A DNA stretch of 64,000 bases from Syntrophales bacterium (GTDB taxonomy: Bacteria > Desulfobacterota > Syntrophia > Syntrophales > PHBD01). Location: NCBI GenBank assembly GCA_963668175.1, contig OY764159.1, positions 3,040,001 to 3,104,000 of the forward strand. Direction: 5' to 3'. How positions within the stretch are numbered: the stretch's first letter is position 1; each line of letters starts with the position of its first letter. Below the pieces are notes generated by a model. That model made no database searches, had not been told where the DNA came from, and saw only the letters and a list, made by a program, of their open reading frames with translations. Positions 49,515 to 58,950 of this stretch are shown piece by piece. A program made the position numbers and the translations under genes.

Positions 49515-52500
49515 TCAGAGCTTTTCAATCGTTGTTTCCGCGCCCGCCCGTTCCGGGACGCGTCCATTCCTGTACAATTCGTAATAAAGCAGCGGCACGG
49601 CGATGAGGGTCAGCACCGTCGAGGTCACGGCGCCGAACATCATGGCGATGGCGAGGCCCTGAAAAATCGGATCGAAGACCATGACGAAAGAGCCCACAAC
49701 GACCGCCGCCGCCGTGAGGACGATGGGCCGGAAGCGGACGGCCCCGGCCTTGAGAAGGGCGCTGCGAAGCTCCCCCGTATCCCGCCATTCCAGTTCGATG
49801 AAGTCCACAAGCAGGATCGAATTGCGGACGACGATTCCCGCAAGCGCAATGAATCCGATCATCGAGGTCGCCGTGAAGAAGGCCCCGAAAAGCCAGTGTC
49901 CCGGCAGAATCCCCACGAGGGTCAGGGGGATGGGGGCCATGATGACGAAGGGCGTGAGGAAGCTCCGGAACCAGGCCACGACCAGGATGTAGATGATGAC
50001 GAGGACCACGGCAAAGGCCGCGCCGAGGTCCCGGAATACCTCGTAGGTGATGTGCCATTCGCCGTCCCACTTCATGGCGTATCGGTCTTCCAGCCACGGG
50101 GCGGCGGAAAAGTACTGTTTCAGGCCGTAACCCTCGGCAAGCTTGAGCCCCGCAATCGCCTCCTTCATTTTAAGAATCGCATAAACGGGGCTCTCTTCCG
50201 TTCCGGCGACGTCGCCCGTCACATACGTGACCTTTTTCAGATTCTTGTGATAGATCGACTTCTCCTCCGTCCCCTGCCTGATGTCGACGAGTTCGCCCAG
50301 CGAGACGGCCTTTCCCGAAGGCGTCGGGACCGTAAGCGACTTGAGGGCGTTAATGTCCGCCCGCTTGTCCAGGGGCATCCGCAGGAATATCTCCACGGGC
50401 TCCTTCTCACGGTCGAAGTGTACCAGTCCGGCCGCCGCCCCCGAAAGGGCGGTCTGAAGCGTCCGGGCGATCGCCTCCGTCGTGATGCCGTTTCCAGCGG
50501 CCTTCTCCCTGTCCACCGCAAAGAAGAGCTTCCGCTGGTCCGCCTCAACCATCCAGTCCACGTCGACGACGCCGCCCGTCTTGGCGAAGATATCCCGCAC
50601 CTGACGTGCGATTTCGATCTGGCGGGACGTCTCGGGTCCGTAGATTTCCGCCACGAGCGTCGAGAGGACCGGGGGTCCCGGGGGGATTTCCGCCACCTTG
50701 AGGCGGGCGCCGTAACGGTCGCCGATATTCCTGAGTTCCGGCCGCAGGCGCTTGGCGATGTCGTGGCTCTGGGCCTTCCGGTCGCCCTTGGCCGCGAAGT
50801 TGACCTGGATATCGGCGACGCTGCCGCCCGAGCGGAGGAAGTAATGGCGCACCAGCCCGTTGAAGTTATAGGGGGAGGCCGTCCCGATATAGGCCTGGTA
50901 GTCCGTCACTTCCGGCACGGTCTTCAGGTACTCGGCCATCGCCCGTGTAACGGCCGCCGTCTCCTCCAGAGTCGAACCCTCGGGCATGTCGATAACCAAC
51001 TGGAGTTCGCTCTTGTTGTCGAAGGGCAGCATCTTCATCGTCACCGCCTTCAGGGGTACGAGAATCAGGGCTACAAGCAGAAGGCCGAGGATGACCGCAA
51101 GGGCCGTCAGGCGCTTCTTCCGGGCATCGATGAGGGGACCGAGCCATTTCTCGTAGAAGCGTGCCAGTCCCTGCCCTTCCCCGCCGTGGCCGCCGTGGCT
51201 CGCGCCCCGCAGCACGATGAAGGCCAGCCAGGGACTCACGATAAAGGCCACGAGAAGCGAGAAGAGCATGGCGGCCGACGCCCCGACGGGGATGGGCCGC
51301 ATGTACGGCCCCATGAGGCCGGAGACGAAGGCCATGGGGAGAAGCGCGGCGATGACGGTGAACGTCGCCAGGATCGTGGGGTTGCCGACCTCGTCCACGG
51401 CCCGGACCGCCGTTTCGGTATCGACCTTCCCCATGAGGAAATGGCGGTTGATGTTTTCCACGACGACGATGGCGTCGTCGACGAGGATGCCTATGGAAAA
51501 GATGAGGGCGAAAAGCGTCACGCGGTTCAGGGTGTAGCCGTAGAGGTAATTGATGAGGAGGGTGAGGGCCAGCGTGACGGGAACGGCGACGGCCACGACG
51601 ACCGACTCCCGGCGCCCCAGGGCCAGGGCGATGAGGACGATCACGGAGATCGTGGCGATGAGCATATGTTCCAGGAGCTCGTCCGATTTTTCCTTGGCCG
51701 TCTCCCCGTAGTTCCGGGTGACGGTGACCTCCACGTCTGCCGGGATGAGCCCGCCCTTGAGGGCTGCAACCTTCTTCAGGGCCTCCTCGGCCACGACGCT
51801 TGCATTCGCGCCCTTCTGTTTGGAGACGGCGATGGTCACCGCCTCGGCCTGACCGGCGGCGTCGCCCTTAAGGCCTTTCTTCGCCGCGGCGGGCCCCAGG
51901 CCCATGAAGACATAATTCGCCGCTTCCTCCGGGCCGTCGGCTACTTTTGCCACGTCCTTGAGATAGACGGGGCGTCCGCCCGAAACGGAGACGACGAGAT
52001 CCCCCACTTCCTTCGCGTCCTTGAAGAACCGGCCCGTCTCGACGATCGTCTCCCGGTTCCCCGCCGGGAAGGACCCTGAGGGCACGACAATGTTGGCCTC
52101 CCTGAGGCCGTTCATGATCTGGAAGGCCGAAAGCCCGTACGCCCGCAGGCGCTGGGGGTCCAGGACGACGCGCACCTGCCGCCGCTGGCCGCCGATGACG
52201 GAAAACTCCGAAACGTTGGCGTCCTTCTTGAGTTCGCCCGCAAGCGAAAGCGCTATCCGTCGCAGCTCGTAGCCCGTATACTGGGCCTGCCTGCTCCAGA
52301 GGGTGAGGGCCAGCACGGGGACATCGTCGATGGACTTGGGCTTCACGAAGGGCTGGGAGACGCCGGGGGGGATCAGGTCGTAATGGGACATGAGCTTGTT
52401 GTAGACCCTGACGAGGCTGTCCTCCATGTTTTCGCCCACGTAGAAACGGACGATAGTCAGGTTCCCGCCCGGCCTGGCGATGGAATAGACGTATTCTACG

Positions 52501-52745
52501 CCCTTGATTTCCCAGAGGAGCTGCTCCATGGGCACCGTCACGCGCTCCTCCACCTCCCGGGGCGTCGCCCCCGGATAGGCGACGAAGACGTCGATCATGG
52601 GGACGACGATCTGGGGTTCTTCTTCGCGGGGGGTGACGACAACGGCGAAGACGCCGAGAAGAACGGCGGCGATGACGAGAAGGGGCGTCAGCTTCGACCG
52701 GATGAAGGCGCCGGCTATTTTTCCCGAAATCCCGACTCCCTTCAT
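49515..52745 (-). CDS. RND efflux permease (AcrB/CusA superfamily)
   Basis: [39 protein letters not shown]. Confidence 0.92.
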   Translation of the reverse strand: MKGVGISGKIAGAFIRSKLTPLLVIAAVLLGVFAVVVTPREEEPQIVVPMIDVFVAYPGATPREVEERVTVPMEQLLWEIKGVEYVYSIARPGGNLTIVRFYVGENMEDSLVRVYNKLMSHYDLIPPGVSQPFVKPKSIDDVPVLALTLWSRQAQYTGYELRRIALSLAGELKKDANVSEFSVIGGQRRQVRVVLDPQRLRAYGLSAFQIMNGLREANIVVPSGSFPAGNRETIVETGRFFKDAKEVGDLVVSVSGGRPVYLKDVAKVADGPEEAANYVFMGLGPAAAKKGLKGDAAGQAEAVTIAVSKQKGANASVVAEEALKKVAALKGGLIPADVEVTVTRNYGETAKEKSDELLEHMLIATISVIVLIALALGRRESVVVAVAVPVTLALTLLINYLYGYTLNRVTLFALIFSIGILVDDAIVVVENINRHFLMGKVDTETAVRAVDEVGNPTILATFTVIAALLPMAFVSGLMGPYMRPIPVGASAAMLFSLLVAFIVSPWLAFIVLRGASHGGHGGEGQGLARFYEKWLGPLIDARKKRLTALAVILGLLLVALILVPLKAVTMKMLPFDNKSELQLVIDMPEGSTLEETAAVTRAMAEYLKTVPEVTDYQAYIGTASPYNFNGLVRHYFLRSGGSVADIQVNFAAKGDRKAQSHDIAKRLRPELRNIGDRYGARLKVAEIPPGPPVLSTLVAEIYGPETSRQIEIARQVRDIFAKTGGVVDVDWMVEADQRKLFFAVDREKAAGNGITTEAIARTLQTALSGAAAGLVHFDREKEPVEIFLRMPLDKRADINALKSLTVPTPSGKAVSLGELVDIRQGTEEKSIYHKNLKKVTYVTGDVAGTEESPVYAILKMKEAIAGLKLAEGYGLKQYFSAAPWLEDRYAMKWDGEWHITYEVFRDLGAAFAVVLVIIYILVVAWFRSFLTPFVIMAPIPLTLVGILPGHWLFGAFFTATSMIGFIALAGIVVRNSILLVDFIELEWRDTGELRSALLKAGAVRFRPIVLTAAAVVVGSFVMVFDPIFQGLAIAMMFGAVTSTVLTLIAVPLLYYELYRNGRVPERAGAETTIEKL

Positions 52746-53854
52746 CGGCCCTTCCCTCCGTCGCCGCTCCCGCCGACGATTCCGCCGTCCACGGCCTTTT
52801 CGACGCCGTCCGTCACGATCCGCTCGCCCGGATTGAGGCCGGATAAAATTTCCATGCCGCTCGGATAGACGGTACCGGTGCGGACAAGACGGTAGGTGAC
52901 GACGCCCTGGCCGTCGACGGCGTAGACGCCCGTCAACTGGCCCTTCGCGACGACCGCCTTCCCGGGTACGAGAAGGGCGTCTTTCGCGCCGAGCGTGATC
53001 CGGATGCGGGCGAAGAGACCGCTCCGCGCCTGGTCGTCCCTGATGCCGACCTTGACGATACGGGTCCGTGACAGGGGATCGACGGCGGGGAGAACTTCCC
53101 GCACCTTTCCCGAAATCCGCCGGTTGCCTTCGGCGAGCAGGATGTCGGCCGGCATGCCGGCTTTTACGCGGTTGGCGAGGCTTTCGTCCACGGCCGTCTC
53201 GACGTAGGAGGCGCCGCCGCTCTCGATGACGAAGAGGGGCATCCCGGGAGAGGCCATACTGCCCAGTTCGATGCGTTTTTCCGTGATCCTGCCGGAGACG
53301 GGGGCATGGATTTTCGTGAAGGAACGGCCCGTTTCGGCCTCCTCGGCCATGGCTCTTGCCCGCTCGTATTCCGCCTCGGCCACTTTCTTCTGCGTTTCGA
53401 CCTGGTCCATCTCCTGCTGCGACAGGGCCTTTTCGTTATAGAGGTTCCGGTAGCGCTGCCACGTGGTCTCCGCCATGGCCTTATTCTCCTTCGCTGCAGC
53501 CACGGCCATGGACGCGGCCCGGACCCTCTGTCCCGCGTCGCGGTCGTCGATAGTCAAAAGCAGCTGGCCCGCCCGGACGCTGTCACCTTCCCTCACCAGA
53601 AGGGATGTTACTGTCCCCATCGCCTTGCTCGCGACGAGGCTCGTCCGCTCGGACCGCACCGTTCCCGTGGTCTCGTAGATATCGTCCACCCGGGAGAGTT
53701 CGACGGCGGCGACGGTGACGCCCGTAATGGCGGGCCGCTTCACGTCACCCTTTTCTCCTGTCCCCTGGCAGCCCTGAGCCAGCAAGGCCAGCACAACTGC
53801 CGCAGGGAGAAAGCCGGACAACATGCTGCGAAAGCCGGTTTGTCCCTTAACCAT
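52742..53854 (-). CDS. RND periplasmic adaptor subunit
   Basis: Lipobox [25 protein letters not shown]. Confidence 0.9.
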   Translation of the reverse strand: MVKGQTGFRSMLSGFLPAAVVLALLAQGCQGTGEKGDVKRPAITGVTVAAVELSRVDDIYETTGTVRSERTSLVASKAMGTVTSLLVREGDSVRAGQLLLTIDDRDAGQRVRAASMAVAAAKENKAMAETTWQRYRNLYNEKALSQQEMDQVETQKKVAEAEYERARAMAEEAETGRSFTKIHAPVSGRITEKRIELGSMASPGMPLFVIESGGASYVETAVDESLANRVKAGMPADILLAEGNRRISGKVREVLPAVDPLSRTRIVKVGIRDDQARSGLFARIRITLGAKDALLVPGKAVVAKGQLTGVYAVDGQGVVTYRLVRTGTVYPSGMEILSGLNPGERIVTDGVEKAVDGGIVGGSGDGGKGR

Positions 53855-53880
53855 CGGTCTTCATATCCTCCGTTTCGCAC

Positions 53881-55245
53881 TTATTTTTCTATCTTCAGAT
53901 CGGACAGGATCGTTCCGCTCTCGTAGCTCAACGCGGCCAGGGCGGTCCTGTAGGCGTTGTCCCGTTCGACGAGACCGGCCCTTGCCTGTTCCAGGCTGGC
54001 CTGGGCGCTCAGGAGATCCGCCAGGGGCGACAGGCCGTTTTCATAACGTATCTTGAGAAGCCGTCTGCCCTCTTCGGCGGTTTTCAAGGCTTCCCGCGAA
54101 AGCTCGATATTCTTCCGGGCCTCGTCGATGTTCAGGTGGGCTTCGTAGATCCGAAAAGAGATGCCCTTCCTCATGGCGGCAAGGAATTCGTCGGCCTGCG
54201 ACGCCAGGTGTTTCGCCTTCACCCGCTCGTACTCCCGCTTCGTCCCGTCGAAGAGGTCCCAGCGGAGGAAGGTCATGACCTGCCAGTTCCGTCCCTCGGA
54301 ACCGAAGGGCTGGTTGTGGTCGTTGAACTGGTAGCTCCCGCCGATGCCCAGGTAGGGGAAATAGCCCGCTTCGGCTAGCTGGATATTTTTCTTCGCGTTT
54401 TCACCCCGAAGCTCCGCGGCCTTGAGGTCTTGGCGCGATTCGGCCGCCTTGGCATAGTAGGACAGGTCCCTGAACGGCAATTCCAGAGTGCCGTCGACGA
54501 TATCGACGGGATCGTTCGTTGCGAGAATGAGCCCCAGGCCGCGCTTGGAGAGACTCACATTCTTGTCGGCCACGATCTTTCTCTGCCGGGTTTCCGTGAG
54601 GGCGGTGGAGGCGCGGAGCACATCGGCATACTGGCTGAGGCCGTTCTTATAGCGCACCTCCGTCACCCGCAGGTGCTCCCGGGCTTCCTCGACGCCTTCC
54701 TCCGCGGCCCGCGCATAGGCCTTCGCACTGACCACTGCCAGACTCGCCCTGACGACCTGGAAAGCCACCTCTTCCTTCTTGCGTTTCAGGTCCGCCTCGG
54801 AAGCCTCCGTCTCCGTCCGGGACATGTCGAGGCCGATAAAGGCCTTTCTGATGTAAAGGGGCTGCTCGACGACCAGGGAAGACTGGTAGTCGTTGATAGC
54901 ATCCGGCTGGTTCAGGAAGTCGGGATTGAAATCCTTCTGTTCGATCCTTGCCTGGTTGAGCCTGGCCATAAAGGCCCAGCCGGGGTTCGTCGTCCGCAGA
55001 TACCGTTCCTCGAAGGATACCTTGGGAAGGAGATAGCTCCGGGCAATGCCGATGTCCTTCTCTTTCGCCAGGGCGGCGTTTTTCTGGACGTTGATTTCAT
55101 GGCTGTCCTGCAGCGCCGCCCGGACGGCATCCGCCACCGTCATCCTTCGTTCGCCGTCGCCGGCGCAAACGGCCGCGGCCTGTAATAAAAGGAAGATAAG
55201 GACCGTTCCCGTTATTCTTCCATACCGGCACACGGATTTCCTCAT
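53881..55245 (-). CDS. TolC family outer-membrane efflux protein
   Basis: Signal peptide from ATG 55245; ARSYLLP, RYKNG, WDLFDG, RYENG. Confidence 0.88.
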   Translation of the reverse strand: MRKSVCRYGRITGTVLIFLLLQAAAVCAGDGERRMTVADAVRAALQDSHEINVQKNAALAKEKDIGIARSYLLPKVSFEERYLRTTNPGWAFMARLNQARIEQKDFNPDFLNQPDAINDYQSSLVVEQPLYIRKAFIGLDMSRTETEASEADLKRKKEEVAFQVVRASLAVVSAKAYARAAEEGVEEAREHLRVTEVRYKNGLSQYADVLRASTALTETRQRKIVADKNVSLSKRGLGLILATNDPVDIVDGTLELPFRDLSYYAKAAESRQDLKAAELRGENAKKNIQLAEAGYFPYLGIGGSYQFNDHNQPFGSEGRNWQVMTFLRWDLFDGTKREYERVKAKHLASQADEFLAAMRKGISFRIYEAHLNIDEARKNIELSREALKTAEEGRRLLKIRYENGLSPLADLLSAQASLEQARAGLVERDNAYRTALAALSYESGTILSDLKIEK

Positions 55246-55268
55246 GAACGCACCCTCCATTCGTTTCG

Positions 55269-55463
55269 TCAGCATTTTCTCGCCACACCGAGTTTTTCCA
55301 GGATATTTTCCATCAGGCACCATTTCGTGAAAGCCGACTGAAGAAGATTGAGCCCGACAAAGGCCGTAAAAAAGAGCCAATACCGGTGATGGAAATAACT
55401 CAGTGCGAGGGAGACCAGGATAAATGTCCCGGCGATGGCCCGAATCATCTCTTCCATCTTCAT
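55269..55463 (-). CDS. DUF2892 (YgaP-like) small membrane protein
   Basis: RAIAG, FVGLNLLQSAFTKWC; AAGGAGG RBS. Confidence 0.9.
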   Translation of the reverse strand: MKMEEMIRAIAGTFILVSLALSYFHHRYWLFFTAFVGLNLLQSAFTKWCLMENILEKLGVARKC

Positions 55464-55844
55464 AGGTCTTTCCTCCTTTGCAGATGAGTCCTTCTCTGTG
55501 ATTCGTCCCGCCTGCGACACCGAACCTCCGCTTCATGAGGGCCGCGGACGATGCCCGTTCCAGGCTGAACCCCGTTTCCGCCCGATATAACGCCGTCAGT
55601 TATTTGCTATTCTACCATAATCATTTTCCGTCGGCAGTCAATAATTGCGAAAATAGAATTTGTATGTAAAGGATTGCCTCTCCCGGACGGTGCGACACGC
55701 CGGCGTCGGACTGAGTATGGTACGATTGCAGTTATTTCCGGAAAACGAGGAGTCCAAGCCTGTCGCCCGAATTTTATGAGCACGAAGATTTACCGGCACG
55801 GGCAACGCGGCTGACCTTGTCTTCCTGGCTCTTTCCGTTTCTTC

Positions 55845-55892
55845 TTGCGATCATCGGGACTTTGTGCCATCATATATGTTAATTGTGACATA
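55845..55892 (+). promoter_or_regulatory. modA promoter with ModE-like box over the start site
   Basis: TTGCGA-N17-CATCAT, then TATGTT-N6-GACATA at 55875-55892. Confidence 0.65.
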
Positions 55893-55913
55893 TAACATCT
55901 GGGAGGTTGTATC

Positions 55914-56660
55914 ATGCTGAAACGATTCCTTGTCCTGGCCGTTCTTCTTTCTCTTGTTTTCGGCGTTCAGACGACGCCGGCCCAGGAAAAAATCCGTTGC
56001 GCCGTGGCCGCGAACTACATCCAGGCCTTCCAGGAAATTTCCGCCGCCTTCGAGGCGAAGACCGGCGTCAAGGTGGAGGGAACATTCTCGTCTTCAGGAA
56101 ATCTTTACAGCCAGATCGTGAACGGCGCCCCGTACGACCTCTTCCTGTCGGCCGACGAGGAGCGCCCCGCCCGCTTGCTGAAAGAAGGTTTTGCGGAGAG
56201 GCCCTTTGTCTACGCCCGGGGCCGCGTCGTCCTCTGGTCGGCAAAGAAGGTTTTTTGCACGAAATCCGGGTGGCAGGAAGCTCTCAGGGGAGCGGATGTC
56301 AAGAAGATCGCCCTGGCCAACCCGGTGACGGCTCCCTATGGCACCGCCGCCCAGGCGGCCATGCAGAAGACCGGCCTCTGGTCCTCTTTGAAGGATAAAT
56401 GCGTCCAGTCCCAGGATATCGCCCAGGCCTTCCAGTATGCCGCGACCCAGTCCGTGGACGCAGGCTTTTGCGCCCTCTCCTCCGCCGTCTCGCCGGAGGG
56501 ACGCAAAGGCTGTTACTACGCCGTGCCGGAGGCACCGGATATCGTCCAGTCCGCCTGCATCGTCTCCCGGACGAAGAACCGCGCCGCCGCCGAGCGCTTC
56601 GCCGCCTTCCTCCAATCCTCCGAGGCAGCCGCCGTCAAGGAAAAGCTGGGTTACAAGTGA
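55914..56660 (+). CDS. modA: Molybdate ABC transporter substrate-binding protein
   Basis: AVAAN, SSGNLYSQIVNGAPYDLFLSAD, ANPVTAPYG. Confidence 0.93.
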   Translation: MLKRFLVLAVLLSLVFGVQTTPAQEKIRCAVAANYIQAFQEISAAFEAKTGVKVEGTFSSSGNLYSQIVNGAPYDLFLSADEERPARLLKEGFAERPFVYARGRVVLWSAKKVFCTKSGWQEALRGADVKKIALANPVTAPYGTAAQAAMQKTGLWSSLKDKCVQSQDIAQAFQYAATQSVDAGFCALSSAVSPEGRKGCYYAVPEAPDIVQSACIVSRTKNRAAAERFAAFLQSSEAAAVKEKLGYK

Positions 56661-56700
56661 TACGCAGATTTCAGCTTTGCAGGAAATATTTTCGTTGCAT

Positions 56701-56730
56701 AAAAAAGCCAGGGCCGGAAACGGCCCTGGC
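56701..56730 (-). terminator. Intrinsic terminator between convergent modA and PEP-CTERM genes
   Basis: GCCAGGGCCG-GAAA-CGGCCCTGGC with A6 tract (U6 on minus). Confidence 0.8.
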
Positions 56731-56757
56731 CCATATCGGAATTCTGATTGGAAGGAT

Positions 56758-57408
56758 TCACTTCTTCAAACGTTTGCGCGACACCGCCGCACCCAGGAGA
56801 CCAGCCCCGAGAAGCAGCATCGTCGCCGGTTCGGGAACGGCCGTCGGCGGTCCCTGCAGCGTAATATTCTCGGACAGGAGCGCACCGGCTTTCCTGCCGT
56901 CCGCATTGACATAGCGTGCCTTGATGCTCGCCTGGTCCGCACCGATCAGAAGCGCACCGTTGTCCACGGTAATATCGAAGACGAATTCATAGTCGGTCCC
57001 GACACCGTTGCCCGTGGTCACGGCAACGCCTTTGCCGCCGTTGGCCAGACCGTAAGCACAGTCGAAGCCGCTGCCGCTTCCCGAACAGCCGCCGGCGTTC
57101 AGGCCGCCCGCCTCGACTCCCCAGTTGGCGACGCCGCCCGGAGCACTTACGACAACGAAGTTCTCCACCTGAGAGGCGACCTTGACCGCGATGTCGGCAA
57201 GGTACAGTCCGCCGCCGTTATACGCATTCGTATCGATATCGAGCGTAATCCGGTAAGTTTCGTGCAGAGGATCGGAATCCGCAAGGGCATATCCGTTGTA
57301 AGAGAGCGTATAAGCCGCCCCCTGGAAAGTAATCGTCTCGGCACAAGCCACGCCCGATAAAAGCAGGAATGCCAGTCCTGCCAGAAGCGTCCACCTCTTT
57401 TTCAACAT
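56758..57408 (-). CDS. PEP-CTERM sorting domain protein
   Basis: Signal peptide; VPEPATMLLLGAGLLG..RKRLKK. Confidence 0.93.
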   Translation of the reverse strand: MLKKRWTLLAGLAFLLLSGVACAETITFQGAAYTLSYNGYALADSDPLHETYRITLDIDTNAYNGGGLYLADIAVKVASQVENFVVVSAPGGVANWGVEAGGLNAGGCSGSGSGFDCAYGLANGGKGVAVTTGNGVGTDYEFVFDITVDNGALLIGADQASIKARYVNADGRKAGALLSENITLQGPPTAVPEPATMLLLGAGLLGAAVSRKRLKK

Positions 57409-57471
57409 AATGCATCTCCTCATGGTTATATTCGGTCCGTCCACCCCGCAAACCAGACAGGCTAAAAACCA

Positions 57472-57487
57472 AGCAATTCATAGGCCA
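57472..57487 (-). promoter_or_regulatory. Sigma-54 promoter of the PEP-CTERM gene
   Basis: Minus strand TGGCCTATGAATTGCT. Confidence 0.68.
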
Positions 57488-57859
57488 TAATTTCAATATC
57501 CCGATATTCCGTACTATTTTATAAAACGGATTTTTTCCTGTGTAACATATTTGTATAATTCACCAGCACAGTCAAGCAACTCAAGAGACAATATAAGCAT
57601 TATACTCATATATCGTCCTGCTGCGAGTATGACGTCAAAAATAATATATGTAGCTTCTTCGCCTCGCCTGATGCGGTTTTGCGATACTCGTCTATGCGTA
57701 TAACAAATTACCTGACATGCCGCCGGAAACCGCAGGCAAAATTTTCCGTGTCTCCTCGGTCCTTGAAAGAAACCCGCCGAAACCCGGCACCATCGACGGA
57801 CGCCGCATCTTCGGCACGATGTCGGCGCAACGCTTCCTTCTTCCCTGACACGTTGCCGC

Positions 57860-57905
57860 TTGACAGGCCTTCCCATAGGTGCTATTATTTTTTAATTAGT
57901 AACAC
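57860..57905 (+). promoter_or_regulatory. Sigma-70 promoter overlapped by a NikR-like operator
   Basis: TTGACA-N17-TATTAT (57860-57888); GTGCTA-N15-TAACAC (57879-57905). Confidence 0.62.
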
Positions 57906-58080
57906 GACAACGCTATCTGCTTAAGCTTATGTCAAATCTAGTGCATTATTATTTCTATTGTTATTAATGTGTTATTAATATTTATCATATACGCATCGTA
58001 GCACGATTGCAATTTTAATATCTAGGAAAGGCATCGAATCGCCTGCCGTAGCCTGTGGCCGGCAGCGTTCTCTTCGATCC

Positions 58081-58758
58081 ATGAGCCCACAGCGCCTCCA
58101 TATCGCCGCTTCGTTAACCCTTCACGCCGTCTTCTTTTCCCTGATTATTCTCCTGCCGGAGACGCGCCATCAGACTATGCCCGGCATGATCCATATCCAT
58201 CTGATCGAAGCCTCTTCTTCCGCCGGTGTCAAGGATACGGCGCCTCGTCAGGCCACGCGGGCCGTGCCGCCGGTTCCCGCAAAACAGGAAGCCGCCGTTG
58301 CGCCGCCCTTGCCTGAAAATGAAATAACAGCCGCCATAAAGTCAGGGGAAACGGCAGACGCCGGCAACGCACAAAATCGACTTCCCGCGGGCAATTCCAT
58401 GGTCATCGCCGCAAAGCATACCGGCTGGGGAGATCAGGCAGGCACGGCTCCGGCGGCAAGGCATGCCGTTATCGAAACATCCTTCGGCGCAACGGGTGCA
58501 CCGGCGTTCATGCACCGGGAGTCGCCGGTTTATCCTCCGGCTGCGAGAAGGCTGGGAAAGGAAGGGAGGGTCGTCTTAAGGCTCACGATCGACAGCGAAG
58601 GCCGCCTGCAGGCCGTCGAGATCGTCGAAGACGCCGGTTACGGTTTTTCCGAGGCCGCCGTGGAGGCCGTCCGGAAATCGACGTTTGCCCCGGCCCTTCA
58701 GAACGGACAGCGGATAGCGGCCCGGGCGGTTCTGCCCGTTCGTTTCCGTCTTCAGTGA
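58081..58758 (+). CDS. tonB: TonB energy transducer
   Basis: TM SLTLH; PVYPPAARRLGKEGRV..LPVRFRL. Confidence 0.9.
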   Translation: MSPQRLHIAASLTLHAVFFSLIILLPETRHQTMPGMIHIHLIEASSSAGVKDTAPRQATRAVPPVPAKQEAAVAPPLPENEITAAIKSGETADAGNAQNRLPAGNSMVIAAKHTGWGDQAGTAPAARHAVIETSFGATGAPAFMHRESPVYPPAARRLGKEGRVVLRLTIDSEGRLQAVEIVEDAGYGFSEAAVEAVRKSTFAPALQNGQRIAARAVLPVRFRLQ

Positions 58759-58950
58759 AGCGGAGGATGACAAACCGCAAGGAAGGGGGGTAACACGGGC
58801 AGCAGGCAGGAAAAGGATAAGGTCGGAACAGGGAATCCTCGGCAAAGGCGTTTCCCTGCTCCGGAAGGGCAATGTTGTCAACAACATCACCTCTTGAAAG
58901 ACATCGTATCAGAAAAGGAGGTGAAAGGCAAAAAGGAAAGGAGAAAGCCG

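Noticed and set aside
55245..55271. Selenocysteine read-through at TGA stops (e.g. DUF2892 ..RKC-TGA, Mo enzymes)
   Set aside because: Proteins appear full length at these stops; no convincing downstream domain or SECIS seen
57927..58004. Extra ModE half-site (TTATGTC) and NikR half-sites (GTGTTA, GTAGCAC) in the tonB leader
   Set aside because: No partner half-sites at the right spacing; could be chance in an AT-rich region
57480..58030. AT-rich stretch as a mobile-element boundary
   Set aside because: No transposase, integrase, terminal repeats or tRNA; consistent with a divergent promoter region
58820..58870. Cobalamin riboswitch before the receptor gene
   Set aside because: AGGGAA is present but the B12-box elements (GCCACTG, ACTGT) are not recognisable
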